Of a stretch of 64,000 bases of DNA, positions 1-15,758 are shown piece by piece. Source of the stretch: Eledone cirrhosa (taxonomy: Eukaryota). Within the stretch, counting starts at the first letter, position 1. Every line of letters starts with the position of its first letter. The notes under the pieces were generated by a model. That model was not told where the DNA came from. It saw only the letters and a list, made by a program, of their open reading frames with translations, and did no database searches. The DNA lies in assembly GCA_964016885.1 (NCBI GenBank), contig OZ024748.1, positions 11,098,001 through 11,162,000 of the forward strand. The letters run 5' to 3'. A program made the position numbers and the translations under genes.

Positions 1-79
1 ATAAAATATATTTTGAAGAGAGGCTTAAGAGACTCGAGGTATTGGCCGTTGTAAATAAATAAATAAATAAACAAATAAT

Positions 80-295
80 GATTTCTAGTATAGGCACAAA
101 CCCAGCAATTTTGTGGGCAGGGAAAGTCGATTAAATCGACCCCAGTACATTACTGGTGCTTCATTTTATCGACCCCGTAAGGATGAAAGGTAAAGCTAAC
201 CTCGGCAGGATTTGAACTAAGATCATAAAGGGGCGTAACTCTATGCTGCAAGGCATGGCGTCCTACCCTCTACCGATACTGCCAATCCACCGCCC
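80..295 (-). mobile_element. tRNA-derived SINE family 1 (other copies near 19380+, 23565, 23780, 26820, 28505, 47385, 50055, 57545)
   Basis: Recurrent CCCAGT.CATTACTGGTACTTTATTTTATCGACCCCGTAAGGATGAAAGGCAAAG...GATTTGAACTC; A/B-box-like head on the minus strand. Confidence 0.8.
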
Positions 296-829
296 TAAAT
301 AAACAAATAATGAAAAATAAAACGAATAATAAATAAATAAATAAATAAACAAAAAGTCATTAAATAAAAAAAAAAACGAAAAATATATTTTAAAAAATCA
401 GTTGTCACAATATGTCGACATTGCAAGTTTACTACTACAGCTCAATTTAAAGTTAGGGTTAATCCTGTCTATAGTTTTCAATAATCCAGAATTTGAAGTC
501 CTTATTAAACTAGGGTTTGGAACATAACTTAATATAGGTTCTTCGATAAAATTATGATGGATAAACACTTTAATCCTTTTGTTCCTATATTTTTAATCGA
601 AAACACTGCCCTTTCAATAATTTTCTAAATAATTTAGACTTTGGAGGGATTACACAAAATAACAACAAAGGTAGTCAGTGAGGAGGTCACAGAACGTGTG
701 ACGAAAGAACGTTGATGGCAATCAACAACTAAACAAGCATCCGGTTATTAAACTAACTGACTGAGAAATTATTATAATAAATTGAAGTGAAATCCGACAG
801 GTGCGTGTGTTTTATATTTTTCAAAGAAT

Positions 830-958
<129 letters not shown>

Positions 959-993
959 CATACATACATGCACACACACACACGCATACACAC

Positions 994-1039
<46 letters not shown>

Positions 1040-1151
1040 GCAACAGAATACTCACACGTATGTTTTTTTCTCCCCAATTTTTTTCTCTCATTTTCCCTGT
1101 TCCTTCCTCTCATCACTCCTTACTTTCTATTTATATTCTATTTCTAACTCT

Positions 1152-1189
1152 GTCTTCTGATAAAGGATTAATGTCCAAAACGTTAAGAC
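1152..1189 (+). ncRNA. Decayed minimal hammerhead motif
   Basis: GTCTT-CTGATAA-A-GGA ttaatg TCC-AAAA-CG-TT-AAGAC; two core G>A changes. Confidence 0.5.
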
Positions 1190-1270
1190 TCTCTTCCTGC
1201 TATTTCAAGCGTTAAACTAATATATTTCTTCTAAGTACTGCACCATTTTTTTTTGTCATTTTTGTTATTA

Positions 1271-1385
<115 letters not shown>

Positions 1386-1582
1386 TGCAAGTTTGAAAGT
1401 TTGAAGAACTATTAGATAAAATATATACAGTATTTCCTCTTCCTAGTCCGTATAAATCAATCACATAAAAAATCATTTAAACGAGGCTATAAGTTTAAAA
1501 TGTAACTGTGAAGAAATAATAGACAAATGATACAGACTATTTTCCACGATGTACAACCATTATATACATATACCCCTTTGAA

Positions 1583-1613
<31 letters not shown>

Positions 1614-2040
1614 AACGTTTGTATATGTATAATAAAGCCAAAACAATGCAAGTATGGACATAGAATAAAGAATGCAAATGCAAAAGATATTGTTGACATT
1701 AGTCTTTTACCTTAGGTTTATTTAAATGTCCTTAACTTTCGAGATAATATCTCTTCTTCGGAGGGAAGTAAAGCGGTTAAACCAGTGTTCTAAATAGCTT
1801 GCCAAGTCATGCTGACAGGAAAACACTGGTTTAACCGCTTTACTTCCCTCCGAAGAAGAGATATTATCTCGAAAATTAAGGACATTTAAATAAATCTAAG
1901 GTAAAAGACTAATTGTCAACAATATCTTTTGCATTTGCATTCTTTATTCTATGTCCATACCTGCATTGTTTTGGCTTTATTATACATATTCAAACGTTTA
2001 TACCTCATTACACAATGCTTCAAATGAACTATAACTTCCT

Positions 2041-2096
<56 letters not shown>

Positions 2097-2264
2097 TAAA
2101 CTTCCATAATTTTGAATTAAGTCCCTCCCTCATCCCCCAATTAAATTTAACATCACACCCCTTCATCGTATACTTTCACTACCCCACTTTTAATGCTCCC
2201 CTTCTTTCTTTACTTCTTTCTTTGGCTTCTTTCATCCTTCATTCCTTCTAACCTATTTCTTCAA

Positions 2265-2418
<154 letters not shown>

Positions 2419-2701
2419 CTTTTAATTCTTCCTGATTTTTAAAGAGATCGAATCTGATTTATAAACCTGTTGAATAGGGTTTGAAATAATGTGTATGTAT
2501 GTATGTGTGTATGTATGTATATATGTGTGTATGTATGTATGTATGTATGCATGTATGTATGTATGTATGTATGTATGTATGTATGTATGTGTGTATGTAT
2601 GTATGTGTGTATGTATGTATGTATGTATGAATGTATGTGTGTATGTATGTATGTATGTTTGTTTGTATGTAGGTATGTAAGTATGCATATGTATATATAT
2701 A

Positions 2702-2739
<38 letters not shown>

Positions 2740-2870
2740 CACCCATACATACACACACCATATATATGTATGCATTACATATAAGTATGTATTTATTGCA
2801 TATATATATGTATGTATCTATGTATATATCATACATATCGACACATGATTAATCTTAATTATTCATATTA

Positions 2871-2908
<38 letters not shown>

Positions 2909-3998
2909 TACACCACCATCATCGCCGATACCACCACCACCACCACCACCACCACCACCACCACCACCACCACCACCACCACCACCACCGACAAACACCA
3001 CAAGAAACAACAGCAGCAGCAGCGGTGAAAAAAACAAAAACAAAAAACAAGAAACAAAACAAAATAAAACAAAACAATTAACATTAAAAAATACGAAAAG
3101 TAAAAATAGAAAATAAAAGATATATGAAACAAAATGGCGGATGATTTTTTTGTTCCGTGTAACCATTGAAAAGATCAATCCCAAGATGGCAGCGAGAGAA
3201 ATGAAACAGTTTAATTCTTCTTCTTCCTGTTGTCAATATAATATTAGTGAGGTGTTTTTCTGAGAAGGACAGCTGCAAAATACAAATCTTCTTCCAGTTC
3301 CAGTTCTCTTCCAGTTCTAGAAATCCTGTAATTTACTGCTGTCATTGCACTCTGTAAAACATGGCGCACCAACGCAGACGATCGTCTTCTTTCTTTCTTT
3401 GCCGTCTTTGTCTTCTTCTTCTTCTTCTTCTTCTTCTTCTTCTTCTTCTTCTTCTTCTTCTTCTTCTTCTTCTTCTTCTTCTTCTTCTTCTTCTTCTTCT
3501 TCTTCTTCTTCTTCTTCTTCTTCTTCTTCTCCGCCCCTCCCTCCCTCCCTCCCTCCCTGTGCTTCTACATCCTCCCCTCTTCCTCTTCCATCCTTTGAAC
3601 TTATCCTCACAACTTCACCCATACACACCAATTCCTAATCTACTATATTTCTATTCACCAGTGGAACAGTGAAGCGAAATATAAGTTATAACTCGTGATT
3701 GAGACTTCATTATGCAGCGAATTGGTGAATTGGCAAATTGGCGAATTGGTAGAGCCGTTAGAGTGTCAGGTTATGTTTTGTGATACTTGCTACGGTTCAC
3801 TCACTCTGAATTATAATAACCCGAGGTCAATAAAAAAAAGTACCAGTCAAGTACTGGGGTTGATTCTTCCTATATATCTAATTCTCCTTTTTTCTCTCTC
3901 ACTCTCGCTATCCTTCTGTTGAAGAAATCTGCTGTGTTCGTCATTTTGAGGTCGATAAATAAAGTACCAGTTCAGAAGGTGTTGGATTAGGCAACTAT

Positions 3999-4062
<64 letters not shown>

Positions 4063-4579
4063 GCAGCACCACCACCACCACCACCAACAACAACAACAAT
4101 ATAGTGTTACCTTTCATCACAGTCAATCTCGACCAAGTTGTTTCTACCAATACCAAGTATTATGGCGGCTCGGAATATAGAAAAGTGACTCTAAAACAGA
4201 AATAAAGGAGAAGGAAAAGGTAAGGTTGATGGAGATTAAAGGGAGGGGGGGTGGAGGTGGTGGTATGTGGGGGTGGAGGTGGTGGTATGTGGGTGGTGGT
4301 GGTGGTGGTGGTGGAGAAGGTGGAGGTATGGTGGAGAAGGTGGAGGGGGAAGCTGGGAAGGAGGGATAATAATAATAGTAACAGTAAGAAGAAGGAGAAG
4401 AAGAAGATGGCGGGGGTGGGGAGGTGGGGGTGTTCGTGGTGGTCCTTAGTGGAGGGCTTATGTGTGTGTGTGTGTGTTCAGGCATGTTTCATGTATCTAT
4501 CTTTCTATATATATTTATATATAAACACACACACACATATATGATTATACACACACATATATGTGTACTCATGTATTCA

Positions 4580-4633
<54 letters not shown>

Positions 4634-5283
4634 CCACCCCCACCCTACCCTATCCGCCCATTTCCGTCCACTGTGTCAGTGACACAACAAACAAAGGACT
4701 CATTCCACACTGTAATGTAGTTGGTGTTAGGAAGATGATGATGATGATATATATGAAGAAATAGATAGGGAACGTAGACGTGAGTGAACGAAAGAGGGAG
4801 AGAGGGGGAGAGATAGAGAGTGAGAGAGAGAGAGAGAGTGAGAGAGAAGTAGAGAGAGGTTGTGGTGGTAGGGAGAGGGACAGGAGGTGATAATCAGTTA
4901 ATAAGTTACAATCGTAGATCAACAGTTTTGCATTATAAGACAGAATTAATTCCACTGTAAAATAATGGAATAATGGGTTAATGGAATATAATGTTTTATA
5001 TACAAGTCACCATCTTGAAATACACACATATACATATATACATACATATATTCGTACATCAATACACAATTACATACATACATACAGACCCATATACACA
5101 CACATACACATATATATATATCCTGAGACTCACACAGATGCAACAGTAAAACACACACACAGGCGTACAGCTATCCTTAGACATTCACACACAAGCAATA
5201 ATAAACCCACATAAACGCACACAGAAACTCACACAATAACACATATGCAACAGTAAACACGCATACACACACACTTCACACTT

Positions 5284-5331
<48 letters not shown>

Positions 5332-5999
5332 CTCATACACAACCGTTAGATCTGCTAAACACACAAAACATCAGATCTTCCGAGATTTAACACTGCACAC
5401 TCTGTTGATGATTTTGCGTAAAAATAATAACAACAACAACAACAACCCCTGCAAATCCCCTCCCCCCTTCCCTAAAAAAACCAACAAAAAAGCAAAAAAC
5501 ACATTAAGAACTCCAAAACCAACAACACCAAAACCCTCTACAAATCCAACAAAAAAAAAGCAAGAAGAGCAACAAATCCGACAAAAACAACAAAACCAGC
5601 TAAAACACCAACAAAAACAAGAACAGCATAAATCAACAACAAAAATCAACAACAATAACAGCCGAAAAGACCAAACCAAAATGGCGGCCGTTGTATTAGT
5701 TTAGTTCTGTTGTACGATAACAGCTTGTGCTTGGCATCCATCTATCAATATAAGGTGTTAATTTACAGTGAATCGAAAATATGCATTGGGGAAAGCCGAA
5801 AGGAACAGCTGTCAGCCAAGAAGAAGAAGAAGAAGAAGAAGAAGAAGAAGAAGAAGAAGCATTGCACTGGTTTTGTATTTAAGAATCACAATTACAGATT
5901 TACAGATACACTGTATATATATGGTCACTGACATATTTGTCAATAAGATAAACAGAATATATATATATATATATATAAATATATATATGTGTGTGTGTG

Positions 6000-6054
<55 letters not shown>

Positions 6055-6056
6055 TG

Positions 6057-6098
<42 letters not shown>

Positions 6099-6166
6099 AA
6101 AATATAATAATTATATAATATTTATATATGTGTATATATTGGGAGTTTTTTTTGGCTTTTTCTATA

Positions 6167-6240
<74 letters not shown>

Positions 6241-6365
6241 AACTCTAGTTGTGTTCAATGTAATCACAGTTAAGCCGATTGAATACATTGTGCGTGTATA
6301 TCTGTAAATGTATATATATATACACATATATATATATATTTACATACATACACACACACACACCC

Positions 6366-6396
<31 letters not shown>

Positions 6397-6501
6397 TACA
6401 TATATATAGTACTATGTGTAGGTATGCAGACACATATTTAACAATACATACGAAAGAATGAATGAATATGAACGGATAAACTCACGCATATATATACTTA
6501 G

Positions 6502-6579
<78 letters not shown>

Positions 6580-6610
6580 GGGTGTGTGTGTATGTATGTA
6601 AATATATATA

Positions 6611-6976
<366 letters not shown>

Positions 6977-7005
6977 TATATATATTTACATACATACACA
7001 CACAC

Positions 7006-7045
<40 letters not shown>

Positions 7046-7382
7046 ATGTGTGTATACACATCATCTTCATTGTTTTTAACGTCCGCTTTCCCACCATGCA
7101 AAGGCTGGGCGGATCTGACCTCCCTGTGCAAAGGGGGGGGGGGCTACTGACCTCCCAGACAGGCCAGGGGTCAGTATCTCGCTGGCGTACAGTCTCACGT
7201 TCTTTCGAGTGCACCGACGTTGTCATGTCTTTGATGCGACATACATATGTATATTTTATATACATATATAATAATAGAAACAAGAATAATCATATTTACA
7301 CTTGGCGCTATGTTTGTATTCCCTCAGAAGATTTGATACAACCATATATTTATTTCCTACTTGTATATATGTGTATATGTGA

Positions 7383-7429
<47 letters not shown>

Positions 7430-7446
7430 CATATATATATATATAA

Positions 7447-7556
<110 letters not shown>

Positions 7557-7680
7557 ATATTAAATAAATGGAAACTATATTTATAAAACAATATTTATTC
7601 TATTATTTATATTCAAGGATAACTTGAACCGTTAACGTATATTCTCCTTGGTTATGTCAAAATTTATAAAACACACTTCG

Positions 7681-7742
7681 TATTTTATCTGATGATAGCG
7701 TACCAACATTTTTGGTACCCCTGAAATATAAATAATAGAATA
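7681..7742 (+). ncRNA. Hammerhead motif family C
   Basis: TATTTTAT-CTGATGA-..GTACCAA...TTGGTAC..-GAAA-TATAAATA-ATAGAATA. Confidence 0.7.
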
Positions 7743-7878
7743 AATATGGTTTTATAAATATAGTTTCAATTTATGTAATATCATTGTATATTATACTCTG
7801 GAAAATCTGTTGAGTGCTCTGAATCAGTTATAGACATTTATATTTGTTGAATTACCAACAAATTGAATATCCCTTCTG

Positions 7879-7938
<60 letters not shown>

Positions 7939-7963
7939 TTCGGTATATAAGGACGTGCTATTA

Positions 7964-8048
<85 letters not shown>

Positions 8049-8049
8049 G

Positions 8050-9370
8050 ATTGTTCATATATTGTCAAAGTTCTTTCGTCACACATTCTGTGACCTCTTC
8101 AGTGACTGGGGATTCTTTTCTTTGTTTTTGTGCCTCTCCTTTGTTCTGTCCTACGCCATCTTGTTTTTGTGTGTGTTGTGTGCTTAGTTTGCGCATGTGT
8201 TACATCCGGGTGTTTGTGTGTGTTTATATTTGTTTATTTATTTGTTTATTTACATGTTACTGGTTGGTTGTTTGTTCTATGTGTGTGTGTGTTTTCATTT
8301 TGTCCTTAATTGTAAGTTGTGATGTTGCTATTCCATTCATACTTTCTACTTAATTTTGGTTGGAGTTCATTTAAGTTTATTGCCTCTGTGATTTGTCTAA
8401 ACATTGCGTCTTTTCTGTGTGTAGATTCTATTTTTATTTCTATGTTCTCTAATTAGTGTTCTATTTTAGCATGTTGGTAGAGTACAGATGATTCTTTACT
8501 ATCTTGAAGCTCTCGCCAGTGTTCATTTATCAGTTCCCCTATACTACGAGCTGTCTCACCTATGTACACTATATTCTTATCTCTACATTGTCCTTCAGTA
8601 CATCTTATGCTATATACTACATTCTTAGTTTTACAGTTAATATGGGGGCTTAATTTACAGATTATACATTTCTTATCTATACAGGGAGGTCTTTGAAAAG
8701 GGTATGTATTGCTAATAAGTGTTTTTATGGAGGTACCTGGTCTTTCTACTATCTTAATATTGAGTTTATGTTTATCTAGGTCCCTTCTGAATTTGTAAGC
8801 TAATTCACCTCTAGGGGTTGTATTGCTGAACATTACACACTTGGTATTTATTGCTATCATACCATGAGTTTATTCTATTAACCTTATTCCTAGTTCTTTC
8901 TATTCTATTCCAAAATTTGCTACTATACAAGGGGCAGGTCCCATTTGTGTCATTATTTACCATTTTTTCCCATTTAGTTCTGGCTCCTCTATATACTCTG
9001 ATCTTATCTCTCTGATTGTAACCAGAGAACTGCATACGGTGGATGAAGTTTTGTATGTCTCTCTCTAGTTCTTTGGGGTTGCACATGCGGGACACGTTTC
9101 TCATCACCCGTACCAAATCCGCAATCAGTATGTTGATTTTGGTGTGGTCCGAAACAGCTGAGTTTCGGTGGATCAGGTATTTGGAAGTCATGGGTTTGGC
9201 ATAATGGGAATGGAGGATCTGTTTGTTGTTATTGATAGTATCTAACCAGAGCTCTGTGTCTAGTACAGGTAATCGATGGTTGGGGTATTTGCTTGGGTAG
9301 TCTATAGTAACTCTAATACTCTGGTGGATGGAGTTAGCTATTTGCTGGATGCTTTCCATGGTGTTTTTAG

Positions 9371-9372
<2 letters not shown>
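8050..9372 (-). mobile_element. 5'-truncated, frameshifted Penelope-like retroelement (RT C-terminus/thumb, Cys linker, C-terminal GIY-YIG endonuclease, 3' region with HHR)
   Basis: ORFs 8811-9359 (LPVLD...HYAKPM...MQFSGY) and 8453-8860 (CxxxxCxxC, NVVYSIRC...C...VYIGETARS); (TA)n on both flanks. Confidence 0.9.
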
Positions 9373-9424
<52 letters not shown>

Positions 9425-9703
9425 GATGGATTCAGTTTTAATAACTGGTCAGACGTTTTAATAACTGGTCATTACTCAACAAAGTACTCAATACTTGGTG
9501 TAGTAGAGTATTATAAAGTGTCAGGACCCTTCATCTGAACCTTTTCCATTTCAACAGTTAGTTCCGGATCAACATGGCGAAATATTTTTAATTGGGTAAG
9601 TCAAAGATTTGATCTCGCTTACACGAGAAGAAATTTAGATTAAGCGAGAAGTGAGTTGAATAAAAAGGAAAAAATACTACGGGGAATGTTTCAGTGAACT
9701 GCA

Positions 9704-9795
<92 letters not shown>

Positions 9796-10115
9796 ATGGT
9801 GTGTGTGAATATGGTGTGTGTGCGGATACTGTGTGTGTGTGGATATGGTGTGTGTGTGTGTGGATATGGTGTGTGTGTGTGTGTGTGTGTGTGTGGATAT
9901 GGTGTGTGTGTGTATGTATGTGTGCTTGTTTGTGTGTGAGTGGATATGCTTCTGTGTATGTTGATATGGTGTGTGTGTGAGAGAGAAAAAATGTCTGAGA
10001 AAGTCAAAGAGAGATAGGGAGTGAAGTGAATAGAGAGAGAGGATTAAGAAAGACACCAACGAAATAAACAAACAAAACAAAACAGAACAACACACACACA
10101 CACATATATATATAA

Positions 10116-10190
<75 letters not shown>

Positions 10191-10198
10191 TATGTATC

Positions 10199-10282
<84 letters not shown>

Positions 10283-10451
10283 TGTATATATGTATATATG
10301 AATACACACACACAGATATATATATGCACATATACATATATATATATATTATTCATATATAATGCATATATACACATATACATATATATATATTCATACA
10401 TAATACATATATATTTATGTTGATTGAAATACACCAATGTATTATGCATGC

Positions 10452-10513
<62 letters not shown>

Positions 10514-10524
10514 ATGTGTATATA

Positions 10525-10565
<41 letters not shown>

Positions 10566-10652
10566 ATTTATCTATCTATATATATATCTATCTATATATA
10601 TACATATATATATGTGTGTGTGTGTGTGTATGTGTGTATATATATATATGTA

Positions 10653-10735
<83 letters not shown>

Positions 10736-11022
10736 AATATATGCATACACACACATACAGAAGATAGAGGAAGGGAGAGAGAGGGCGATAAAGAAAGTGA
10801 GAATGAAAGACATTTCAATGCTAAGAATCACCATAAAAATGTAATTTTCTGCTGTTAAATTTTGACTGGAAAATCCCAGATTTTCCAGTCATAAATCTCC
10901 ACCATTTTATCTCAATATTTAACATCTGTTTCACTACTTTACATCAACTTACCATAAACAAGACATTTTTTATCATAACTTTTACCACAAGCTGTCTTTA
11001 ATCATATGCCCCAGCTACATAC

Positions 11023-11093
<71 letters not shown>

Positions 11094-11100
11094 GCTATCT

Positions 11101-12660
11101 TACTAAAGGAATACGAAAGTCTCACAGGAGCGAAGCTGAACCGGGACAAGTCCATCGGTTTGCAACTCGGATCGTGGAGAGGCAGACCGATGCCTTCCGA
11201 TGGCGTCGTCGGACGCTGGACGGAAGGACCGGTAAAGCTGCTCGGGGTCTGGTTTGGTCCGGACCTCCAGGTGGAGAAGAACTGGAACGAAGTGACGGCC
11301 AAGGTGTTTGCACTCACCCAGAAGTGGGCCGAGTGCAAACTATCCTTGAAAGGTCGAGCGGAGGTGGCGAACAGTTTTATAGCGTCCGCCATCTACTACC
11401 GCTTGACCGTCGTGCCTTGTCCAGCCAAAACGCTCGCCAAAATGGAGCGCGCCCTCTTCCGATTCCTTTGGAAGAGGCGGGCTCCTTTGGTAAGAAGATC
11501 CATCTGCTGCCAACACCCTTCTAACGGAGGGCTGGGGATGCCGTGGTTGACGATGCGCAAACACGCGCTCAGGCTGCGGCATCTCTACGTATTCCTCACC
11601 GGACAACCGGTGTGGGCCCCGTTCGTGAGGCGAGCCTTCCCACGACTCGTCTCGCTGACCGAGCTGCAGTCCTGGGTCAAGCAGAGACCGAGGAAAATGG
11701 GCGACTGGCACATCGAATGTGCTCAGGCGCTCACAGCCCTCTGGCAGGCGGACCCGGCGATCAGTGGAGACTCCACTTCGTCATTCTATAGAGGGTTGGT
11801 CCGCAGCAAGTGCGACGACGCGCTCGGTGAAACTCTAGGCGTGGAGGAAGATGAACTGGCCAGTCTGTTCGGTAGGACCTTCCGCCCGGGACCGATGGAC
11901 AACTTCCAAAAGTCCCTGGCCTGGCAGTGCTACCGAGGAGCTCTACCAGTTCGAGACAAGCTCTACAGACATGGGCGCCCGGGCAGGGACCCTGCAAAAA
12001 AGATCTGTCCGAGGTGCGTGCGAGACGAAGAAACCGTCGCGCACGCATTCATACACTGCCCGGGCGTCACTGACCTGTGGGGCTATGTGGAACGACTATT
12101 GTCGCGGGTGGGACCAATCCAGTTGACCACCGAGTCCATTGTCATGATCAAACCGCCACCCTCCTTCAAAAACGAAGGAGAGGCGGTTTTCCTTTGTGTG
12201 ATAGCTATGGCGAAAGAGGTTGTATGGTGGACAAGGTTGAAAGGGCTGAGGTCAGACACCTTTCTCTCCGGCCAACAACTGATTCTTTTTTTCAAATACC
12301 ACTTTGGAAGAAGAATCAGGATGGAGAGAGAGGTGCTGTACCCCAGCAAGTTTTATGAAAGGTGGGTGAAAGTGGCGAGAATGGCCCGAGTGAATGGGCC
12401 TTCTCTCTATATCAGCCTGTAGGTTGAGGAAAAGGAGGAGGAGAGGAAAGGAGTACAAGCTCTTCGTACTCCTGGAGATGAGGGTTGCACATTTTTTTCG
12501 GGGGTCTGTGTTACCCATATAAACTGTCTCCCTCTATTGGGGAAAATCGACTAACTTTTAAATTCCATCTGTGATAACATTTTACACGTTTTTATTGTAT
12601 GTAAACTTCCCCCTTTGTATTTGTCCCCTTCTTTTGTGCCCCTGTGGCTAATAAAGAAAT
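11101..12660 (+). mobile_element. Tx1/L1-clade LINE 3' fragment; uninterrupted ORF2 C-terminus with Cys/His knuckle, 3' UTR
   Basis: GAKLNRDKS, VKLLGVWF, LSLKGR, GGLG and CPRC...ETVAHAFIHC motifs; stop at 12422; AATAAA then (TATC)n; also preceded by (TATC)n. Confidence 0.92.
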
Positions 12661-12661
12661 A

Positions 12662-12770
<109 letters not shown>

Positions 12771-12845
12771 CTCAATAAATCTATTTCCCTATCTGGCTTT
12801 CTACCCATCTTTCCCGCCAACACACATAACTATCTATCTATCTAT

Positions 12846-13232
12846 ACAACAATTGATTCCCTTCTTTAAGTATCACTTTAGAAGGAGAATCAGGGTGGAG
12901 AGAGAGGCACTGCACCCCAGTAAATTTACTGAAAGGTGGGTGAATGAAGCGAAAATGGCCCGAGTGATTGGGCCTTCTCTGTTTATAAACCTGTAGGTTG
13001 AGGAAAAGAGCAAAAGGAAGAAAGGAGCACTTGCACAACACGCTCCTGGAGTTGAGGGTTGTTCTATCGACGGGGTATTAAACAACCCATTTGTGGCGCC
13101 TCCCCCCTATTGGGGATTTCGATTGTTGTAATTGTTTGTTTTTATATTTTTTACACGACTGTATGTAAAATCCCCGGCATGTCTTTGTATTGTCCCTTTT
13201 TCTTGTGCGCCCTTGTGGCTAATAAATAAATA
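12846..13232 (+). mobile_element. Second Tx1-like 3' fragment (related subfamily)
   Basis: Homologous to 12273-12660 and nearly identical to 13761-14165; AATAAA followed by a (TATC) tail. Confidence 0.85.
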
Positions 13233-13249
13233 TATCTATCTATCTATAA

Positions 13250-14166
13250 TGAGTGGAGACTCCACTTCGACATTCTATAGAGGGATTGTACGTTACAAGG
13301 GCGACGAGGTGCTCGGAGAGACTCTGGGCGTCGAAGACGATGAGCTCACCAGTCTGTTTGGTAGGACTTTCCGCCCGGGACCTATGGACAACTTCCAGAG
13401 GTTCCTGGCCTGGCAGTGCTACCAAGGAGCTCTACCGGTTCGTGACAAGATCTACAGGCACGGACGCCCCGACAGGGATCCTTCCAAGAGGACGTATCCA
13501 AGATGCGCGCAGGACATTGAAACAGTCCTGCACGCAATTGTACACTGCCCGGGCATAACCGACCTGTGGAACTATGCAGAACAACTGCTGTCGCGTATGG
13601 GACAAATCCAGTTGATTGCCGAGTCCATAGTAAGGATCAAACCGCCAGCCTCTTTCAAAAACGAAAGAGAGGCGGTTTTCCTCTGTACAGTGGCTATGGT
13701 GAAAGAAGTTATATGGTGGACGAGATTGAGAGGACTGAGGACAGATGCCTTTTTCTCCGGACAACAATTGATTCCCTTCTTTAAGTATCACTTTTGAAGG
13801 AGAATCAGAGTGGAGAGAGAGGCACTGCACCCCAGTAAATTTACTGAAAGGGGCGTGAATGAAGTGAAAATGGCCCGAGTGATTGGACCTTCTCTGTTTA
13901 TAAGCCTGTAGGTTAAAGAAGAGAGCAAAAAGAAGAAAGGAGCACTTGCACAACACGCTCCTGGAGTTGAGGGTTGTTCTATCGACGGGGTATTAAACAA
14001 CGCATTTGTGGCGTTTCCTCCCTATTGGGGATTTCGATTGTTGTAATTGTTTGTTTTATATATATATATATATATATTTTTTTTTACACGACTGTATGTA
14101 AAATCCCCGGCATGTGTCTTTGTATTGTCCCCTTTTCTTGTGCGCCCTTGTGGCAAATCAAGAAAT
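13250..14166 (+). mobile_element. Third Tx1-like 3' fragment with premature stop
   Basis: SGDSTS...FGRTFRPGPMDNFQ...ETVLHAIVHC aligns with copy 1; ends in (TATC)n. Confidence 0.88.
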
Positions 14167-14167
14167 A

Positions 14168-14212
<45 letters not shown>

Positions 14213-14889
14213 GTCTGTCTGTCTATTTATCTGTCTGTTTATCTATCTATCCAAAAATGACGATTGCCTATTTTGACATCTGAAGTAGGAAAAGTACGAA
14301 CATATAGAAATGTGTCAAGTTAGAATTGGAAACCTTTTCTGCGACCTTAATACTGTATAGACAGAGAGTAAAGAGCTAGAACAAATACCGCTAAACATTT
14401 GTCCGGCTCTCTAACAGTTACACCGACTCACCATCTTTAAATAGACTTGTATAATAGTAATTACTTCTACTTTTCGCACACGGCCAGCAATTTGAAAGGA
14501 AGTAGGGTGGGGGCGTCGACCAAATCGTTCCTAGTGTGTTGGATCGACAAGATCTCAGATAAGATCTCAGACAAGATCTCAGACAAGATCTCAGACCACT
14601 TACCGAGTCGGGTCATCCCTACGACTTCATCATGAGATAAGGGGTACTAATTGAAATACAACATCATCACCATCAACAACAACAATAGGAACAATAACAA
14701 CAACAACAACAACGACACCACCACCATCATTATCAACAACAAGAACGACATCACAACCATCAGCACCGCCATCACCACCATCAAAAACAACAGCACTTCT
14801 ACCACCACAACAAAAAAAATCAAAGCAACAATAACGACACCACTACCACCACCACCACAACCACCACCAGCGACAATAACAACAACGAC

Positions 14890-14922
<33 letters not shown>

Positions 14923-15394
14923 ACCACCAACATCCCCCCCTCCACCAACAACAACACAACCCCCACCACTACCTCCATCACCACCACCAACAACAACACT
15001 AGCACCACCATCACTACCTTCACCATCACCAACATCACCACCACCACCACCACCACCACCATCACCTCCACCACCTCCACCACCAACAACAACACCACCA
15101 CCACCACTATCATCATCTCCACTACCAACAGCAACAACAAAGGAGTCGACCATAAGATCGGACCAAGGAAACGATGTTTCCATTGGTGTCCTTTCTGTTG
15201 CTAATACTATCTGTTGGACACCGGACAGAAGGAGGTGGGATTTGAACTCACAATACGGAGAGCCGGGACTAATATCGACGCTCTATCGATTCTCCCAATT
15301 CACCGCCCCCCCCCCCCATATTCCCTGAGCCGTCTTAAGTATATATGGTGAGAGGGGGGGGTCACTGTGATCCAGAATATAGCCACTAATCCAC

Positions 15395-15726
15395 GTAGTA
15401 ACAGTAGTAGTAGTGGTGGTGGTGGTGGTGGTGGTGGTGGTAGTAGTTCTAGTAGTGGTAGTGGTAGTAGTAGTAGTGTTGGCGGTTGTACTGGCGGTGG
15501 TAGTAGAAGTAGTAGTAGTGGTGGTGGTGGTGGTGGTGGTGGGTGGTAGTGGTGGTGGTAGTAGTTGTAGTAGTGGTAGTGGTGGCGGTTGTACTGGCGG
15601 TGGTAGTAGTAGTAGTAGTAGTGGTGGTGGTGGTGGTGGTGGTTGTGGTTGTAGTAGTGGGAGGTGGTGGTGGTGGTAGTAGTGGTAGTGGTAGTAGTAG
15701 TAGTGGTGGCGGTTGTACTGGCGGTG

Positions 15727-15758
<32 letters not shown>

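Noticed and set aside
5670-5700. Possible next GAD exon (AAIL-like on the minus strand)
   Set aside because: No SHYS or GxG motif in frame and no suitable splice sites.
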